Program-made: the position numbers and the translations under genes
Shown: positions 58,433-64,000 of the stretch, piece after piece
How positions within the stretch are numbered: position 1 is the stretch's first letter
Layout of the letters: each line of letters opens with the position of its first letter
The notes under the pieces: model-generated
Told to the model about the DNA's origin: nothing
Seen by the model: only the letters and a program-made list of their open reading frames with translations
Database searches by the model: none
From: Neoechinorhynchus agilis
Taxonomy: Eukaryota > Animalia > Acanthocephala
DNA length: 64,000 bases
Reading direction: 5' to 3'
Assembly (NCBI GenBank): GCA_051530055.1
Contig: CM121342.1
Span: forward strand, 12,105,480 to 12,169,479

Positions 58433-59914
58433 ATGAGCTTTTCAAACTTTTCAATAGATCACCTTCTTCAAAGTGATCCAGTAAATGTTCATCCTCGAAA
58501 TTCTGAACTATCCTGTTGGAGTGCATTCAAGCCTTACAATAAGTTATGTTCAATCTCTAATTGGCCATTCTATGAAATTCAAGAAAAGACGTTTGCGGAA
58601 CAATATTCTCACATTATTCCGATACCAAAAAAGGTAAGCGCAAACAAACAGGTTCTTGAACTCTTAAAAATATTTGTAATTTTTAAGTTTTCTTACAAAC
58701 TAAGTGTATGCGAGATATTAAAATATTCTAGTTTAAATGCAATGTCAAGATGCCAAAAAAGTTTTTGTATCCTGAAATTTTTGCGTATATGTAAGATCAT
58801 AAGCCATTTTGCAGTTCAAATATCTACTTAATCAAGCATGCTATTTTCGGCAGTTTACATCGTAGAGTATGCTAATAACCATCGAAATCTTCACATAAAC
58901 TTCATTTCGACACCATAATGCCGCATGCCAGAGAGCAACTTAATATTTACATTTGCCAGCTGAAATTTAGCTGATTGACGAATAGTCGAAGACTAAATTG
59001 AGCAACCAATCAAATTCCTTTTATGAGAGGCATTCAAAATGCATTATATGTTTTAATAATTACCTTTTTTCGGAAAAATCTCAATCAAAATATACTTAAA
59101 AATAAAGCCAAAAAGTCCACCTTCATCCTTTTCAACATTTGCAGATTTTGTAAATTCTCATTTAAACCACTATTTCTTCATTATGCAAAAACTGCACTAT
59201 ACACTTTAAATTCATTTCGCCTTATTATATTTAATTGCCCTAAGTCTTGCTGATATTCCTAATTCTTTATTTTATTCGTTCTATGCAAATGAAGACAACA
59301 GATATTAGTTTCTACTAATGGGCTCTTGTCTACATTTTTAAGGCATTATCCCCTCATTATATTTAGTCCTCCGATTATTATTGCAAGCTGAGTGATGCTT
59401 CAAGAATTGAGAGACTTCATATTTGTAACGTGAGTAAGATTACGGGTTTCGAATTATTTAAAAATAATCCTTTTCGTTTAAGCTATGTGGAAAATCGTTT
59501 CGACAGGCATCAACACTTTGCCGTCATAAAATAATTCATACTGGCAGAAAACCGTATGAATGCAAAGTTTGCCAAAAAAGCTTTAATCGTTCATCGACTC
59601 TAAACACTCATATGAAAATTCATTTGGGCATAAAGCCATGGATGTGTGAAATATGTGGCAAAAGCTTTCACCAAAAAGGAAACTACAAGAACCATTTGAT
59701 GACCCACTACCCAAAGAAGCTATTTTCGTGTGAGATTTGTTCAAGAACGTTCAGTAACACTCATAATCTCAAATACCATATGTACACTCATTATGATTTC
59801 AAGCCGTTCGTATGCACAGCTTGTGATCGAGGATTTTGTAGAAGTTTTGATCTTAGGAAGCATTTAAAACGAGCCAATCATAGTACAGATTACTTTGACC
59901 CGAATTGGAAATAA
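58433..59914 (+). CDS. FEZF: Fezf/earmuff zinc-finger transcription factor; exons 58433-58633, 59367-59429, 59483-59914
   Basis: eh1-like FSIDHLL; [38 protein letters not shown] and [11 protein letters not shown] are diagnostic Fezf fingers; phase-0 GT-AG introns. Confidence 0.9.
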
Positions 59915-60601
59915 CACGTAAGTTACGTTTTTGTGTTGTTTGGCTGAAGTTTGAAAAATACAATCGTGTCTCTGTTGATGACCGGATTTTGGGGACAAAA
60001 TTGCCTTATTCTAAATCGTCAATCATTTAAGATCTAAACAATTTTATATAATTACAAATTCACCTTATTTTGAGGCACAAATAGGATTTTTTCTAGGCTC
60101 ACAGTTGAGTGCAAACATACGCAGAATGTATTGAGTCTTATCGTTTCTTAAAAATCTGATGTAATATGTGTCAGTGAACTCTCAAATTGATAACAAATGG
60201 TAACAATGAATGATTTGGTAATAAATTGTTTTTAATTCAGATCGAGATAAATTGGGGATATATAAAAATACAACAGTTTTATTTGATAATTTTAAAATAT
60301 ATAAAGCTGGCGGGCGTATTATTATGAAATGCAAGCTTTTATAAATTTTTGTTGGCTTTCTATGATTTTCGAGGTTGCGAAATTGTGAGTTCCATACGTT
60401 ATAGTGAAGATTGTGGACCTAAAAATTTCCGTTTTTCAGATCGTCTTTAGTATTTATTGCTCTTTATAAAACTTAAAGCATATGAGAGTCTATATGAAAA
60501 GTCGTTGCAATTTTGTTTTACTTCCACGATTTAAACTAAACCGAGAACGCAGACTTTATTCAAAATATTATGTTGTAATACAAAAAATCAGTATTTGTAG
60601 A

Positions 60602-61745
60602 CTAAAGAACACTCTTTCGCTCGTTTTTATCTATCTCTCTTAACAATGCCTCGATTCCCTTATAGATACTAATCGCCACAGGTAAAATTTGATCGTCTGG
60701 TAGAACAAATCCACGCGTCGCATCATCATCCGGTGGAAGCTCAATACAGTAACTGTATTTAATCCCAGCAACTCCTTTTGCCCAATCTTCGGACGTTCCG
60801 GATGAAACATACATAAGATGCGACGATTGACCGACTTTCCAATCTTTGTAAATATCAGTTTTCATGGCATCAGCTGCCACTTGTGCGATTTTCACGAGTT
60901 CATCGTGATCTTGAAGTACGATGTCTCGAGTGTATCCCCATGGTACGAACCAATATTGTCCATAGGAATGAAAACTTAAGAACACAAGAAACCGTTTCCG
61001 TCTCTTAAAGACAAATTTTATCAAAGCGGCAATTTCGGGCTCGCTAGCGGCAAATGGTCCTTGATATACTTCTGAGCACGGTTGTTGACTGGCTCCTTCT
61101 CCGGGGGAGAAGTTCCATGCAAACGGATAATTCCTGTTAAGATCAACACCGCGACATTTTGGAGTTCTTGAGTTGGACATACTTACGTTCCCATCATGTG
61201 GCCGGGCGTTTTTACGCCAATATCTGAGTCGATTGAATCTATTATTGAATGATATCTCGTAACCATCTGGATTTACGAAAGGCATAACATAAAAATCGTA
61301 ATTTTCCAATATATTAGCTGATGAATCGTTTGAGAAGAGCATAAAGTGGACGAAACAGACGATTGATGCAGGCGATATCCATTCACGGCCATGAATACCA
61401 GCATCGATCCACACGTACGGTTTCTTTTCTGTCCCGTTTCTTCTCCTAATTCGTAAAACTCTAAGTTCTCGTTTAAGATGTGATCGTCCTATAGAGTAAG
61501 ATTGTACGTGAATTACGTTATTTTTTGAGACGATTCGATTAGGCACAATTCCCGATCTTATTCGTATAAAAGCTTATGATACTACGATAAGAGCAGAAAC
61601 GCAACGATTTAATCCATTGTTCGAACTCACGATATTCGAGATATCTTTCACAAACTAGTCCCAAACTCTTATTTGCTTGGCTTTTACTCAACCGACTGCT
61701 AGCAAATAAAATGACCGCTAAAAGATTTATAATAGCACGCATCAT
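60602..61745 (-). CDS. Secreted M14A zinc carboxypeptidase, 364 aa; exons 61745-61606 and 61556-60602
   Basis: Signal peptide; WIDAGIHGREW, NPDGY, WRKN, GVDLNRNY, SEPE, LSFHSYGQ, GTSEDW, IELP; 49 nt GT-AG intron. Confidence 0.92.
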
Positions 61746-62806
61746 CTCAAATCCCTTTTCGATGGCAATGAAGCAAAATACCGTTCTCTGCTTTATTTGT
61801 ATATGTAGTTATGCTTTCTCGTCTCGATAAAGTAGTTGCTTGAGACTACTGATATATATGCGGCACCAAGAAGGGTGTAAAACGGCGATAAGAGTTGACA
61901 GATTAGTTAGGCTGGGCGATATCGACCGACCCACAGGAAGGATTCTAGCAAAAAGAGATCGATAGTGCAAGTCAAGAATCTGTGGTATCTTTGTTTGCTT
62001 GAACAATACTGCGACGAAACGGTCGGTTGGCGTCGATCAACGCATTTGTGTAACAAATCCGCTTTAGATCTTTACCTATGGGTCAAACTTTAAACCTGCG
62101 ATTAATTTATGATCAACCAGCCATTTATACATCGTACAACTTTTTAAACACAAAACTAATGATGAGACAACGGAGCTAAAGACGAACGTGATCATTGACT
62201 AAAACAAATTCGCAATTTCAATCACAGAAATCAACTCTTTCACTTTTGCCGGTCCTAAAAGTGAACACGAAAGCGAAAAAATTATCGATAGCATTTAATT
62301 ACGAAATGGGTGTTTATCTTAACGAACGAATTCACTAAATAATTTGTCCGTTTAAAAAATAAGACATCAGCATTAAACGTTATAGGACATGTAGTGATCA
62401 TAATCCGCCCGAATAAAAAAACGTATTTTATTGATTTGGACTGATGAAGCGAGGCTACGTTTTTCGAAATATCTTCAATAAAATATGTCTTATTCGGGGG
62501 ACCACACGCCTCCAATTATACCATCCCGAAGGATTTTCTCTTGATTTTCACAATAGTGACCGCAATCTCTTCAGTGATTCGGCTCGTTCAATCGTTCACT
62601 TAATCTGGGAAGGAAAATTCGCGATTGGACGTCTATTTTCGCCACCTTTAAACGCATAAAACTGTCTGTTTTCTTCAACTAAACCTTTTTACTCGAGATT
62701 AAGCGAGTTTCAATGAATTTGCAAAGAAATTGAACCATTCAATCGATTAGTACGAAGTCAGATGATGGCTTATAATCCCCCAAAAAAATTACGACCGGAT
62801 TCGTAT

Positions 62807-63217
62807 TTACTGAACAATAAATGATTGACTTTCAACATCGTAGCCGATGAGTTCATGTGGAATTTCGAACTTTCCTAGCATTGCCTCCATTGTGAGACAG
62901 TCTTTAAGCTCAAGAGCACGATGTTTTTCGTAAAGTTCACGAGCACATCGCTGCGCCACACATCTCCATTTTTGTATCAAAACTTGGAGCTCAGAAATCT
63001 TCTCGGCCAAACCACGACCGCCATCTCGTTTCCGCTTCAGTCTTTCGATCTTTTGAACCAATTGAGCACGGTATGTCAAGTTGAATCGCGATCGATTCCC
63101 ATCCGGGCTATTTTTTACGAGGAGGGATTTACGCATATCCCAATAATCAAAATGATTTACAGCAATTGGCGATTCGAATTTGTTTCTTCTTCGCTCCTGG
63201 TCGTCAAAGATTCTCAT
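62807..63217 (-). CDS. SFR1: SFR1/Mei5-like recombination mediator
   Basis: Coiled coil then ELQVLIQKWRCVAQRCAREL...LTMEAMLGKFEIPHELIGYD...F, matching the Sfr1/Mei5 C-terminal domain. Confidence 0.7.
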   Translation of the reverse strand: MRIFDDQERRRNKFESPIAVNHFDYWDMRKSLLVKNSPDGNRSRFNLTYRAQLVQKIERLKRKRDGGRGLAEKISELQVLIQKWRCVAQRCARELYEKHRALELKDCLTMEAMLGKFEIPHELIGYDVESQSFIVQ

Positions 63218-64000
63218 AGGCGCCAATCATTTCCATATTTTTAAAGGTGGACTTTCAAGGATACTTTGAGTACGAATAGGAAATGTATGTTCGAGTAGGT
63301 CAGCTTTTATCCGTCATAAATTGGAGCGATGGAAATAAAGGTTTTGCACTCGAAAGCTACAGGATGCTAATTTCTGAAAATAGTTGAATTTTCAATTTTG
63401 ATTCGAGAAACTATCGTCCACCTTTGTACTTGGGAATATGCTACCATGAAGAAGGCGATCTTGCCCATTTTATTGTAGATTTATATTCGATCCTGGTCTT
63501 TATTCTACTTAGTGAATTGTTTGAAGAATGAACTGTTCATGCCTTTTTAGGTTTCTTGTAAGTTTTCTACAATGTAAGTTCGCGTCAAAACAACCTTGAT
63601 AAAGGCACAAGATTGTGCCGAAATATCGGACCTAATAAATTCCTTGAATTTTTCAGCCATAAAAAAGTGTATACTGAATTATTACATATCAATAATTTTA
63701 TTTTTTATCCATTATCAGTAGCCGCTAACAATTTAATGCTTGGCCAACTACTTAGGTAAATTTCGCAGACGCCCGAATATCTTCTTTTGGTTGTACTTAA
63801 ATTTTTAAATTTTCTTAACGAAAACCGTCAAACGAGACTTTCTTAAAAGAAATTTTTAATCATGTGAATGCCTTTTTAATGCACTTTTGATTTGGCAAGT
63901 TTCTTAAGGCGGATGCATTAATGAGAGAAAATTGAGAAAACATCTAGCGATCGATAAATTCTTATTCTAAGATATCAAACGTTACATTTTTACCATAGAT

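Noticed and set aside
62436-62480. Hammerhead-like TTGGA-CTGATGA...CGAAATATC-TTCAA
   Set aside because: Cores and stem I are plausible, but stem II does not pair.
1-64000. tRNA, rRNA or SL RNA genes
   Set aside because: None recognised by eye; tRNAscan-SE and Infernal would be needed to exclude them.

Overview
AT-rich, gene-dense genomic DNA from a small-genome invertebrate animal. The Fezf, KDM6/UTX, SRSF1 and Sec-type SELENOT genes support this, but the species cannot be named from sequence alone. About 19 protein-coding genes are present: SELENOT, PELO, a C2H2 gene, eIF4E, FRA10AC1, RPF1, SRSF1, COG8, COPZ, PDPR-like, a divergent NOP56/58-like gene, makorin-like, GNL3, KDM6/UTX-like, Fezf, an M14 carboxypeptidase, SFR1, a mucin-like gene and orphans. 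Most have ordinary 41-55 nt GT-AG introns. They are interleaved with LINE (CR1/L2, RTE, CRE), Penelope and LTR remnants, fold-back elements carrying hammerhead-like cores, and two satellite families. Main discovery: at eight positions in seven conserved genes (PELO, FRA10AC1, RPF1, COG8, COPZ, GNL3, KDM6 twice), the reading frame is interrupted by a 48-2200 nt insert. The two ends of each insert are imperfect inverted repeats (8-24 bp) sitting at the protein-homology breakpoints. GT-AG splicing there either fails or adds or deletes residues in conserved segments. This looks like a second, structure-defined class of non-canonical introns (or excised DNA segments) coexisting with normal introns. 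Secondary signals: an in-frame UGA selenocysteine codon with a clear SECIS, and AG immediately before the ATG in eight genes, which suggests trans-splicing. All alignments were done by eye against remembered homologues, so exact non-canonical boundaries are ambiguous by a few nucleotides.
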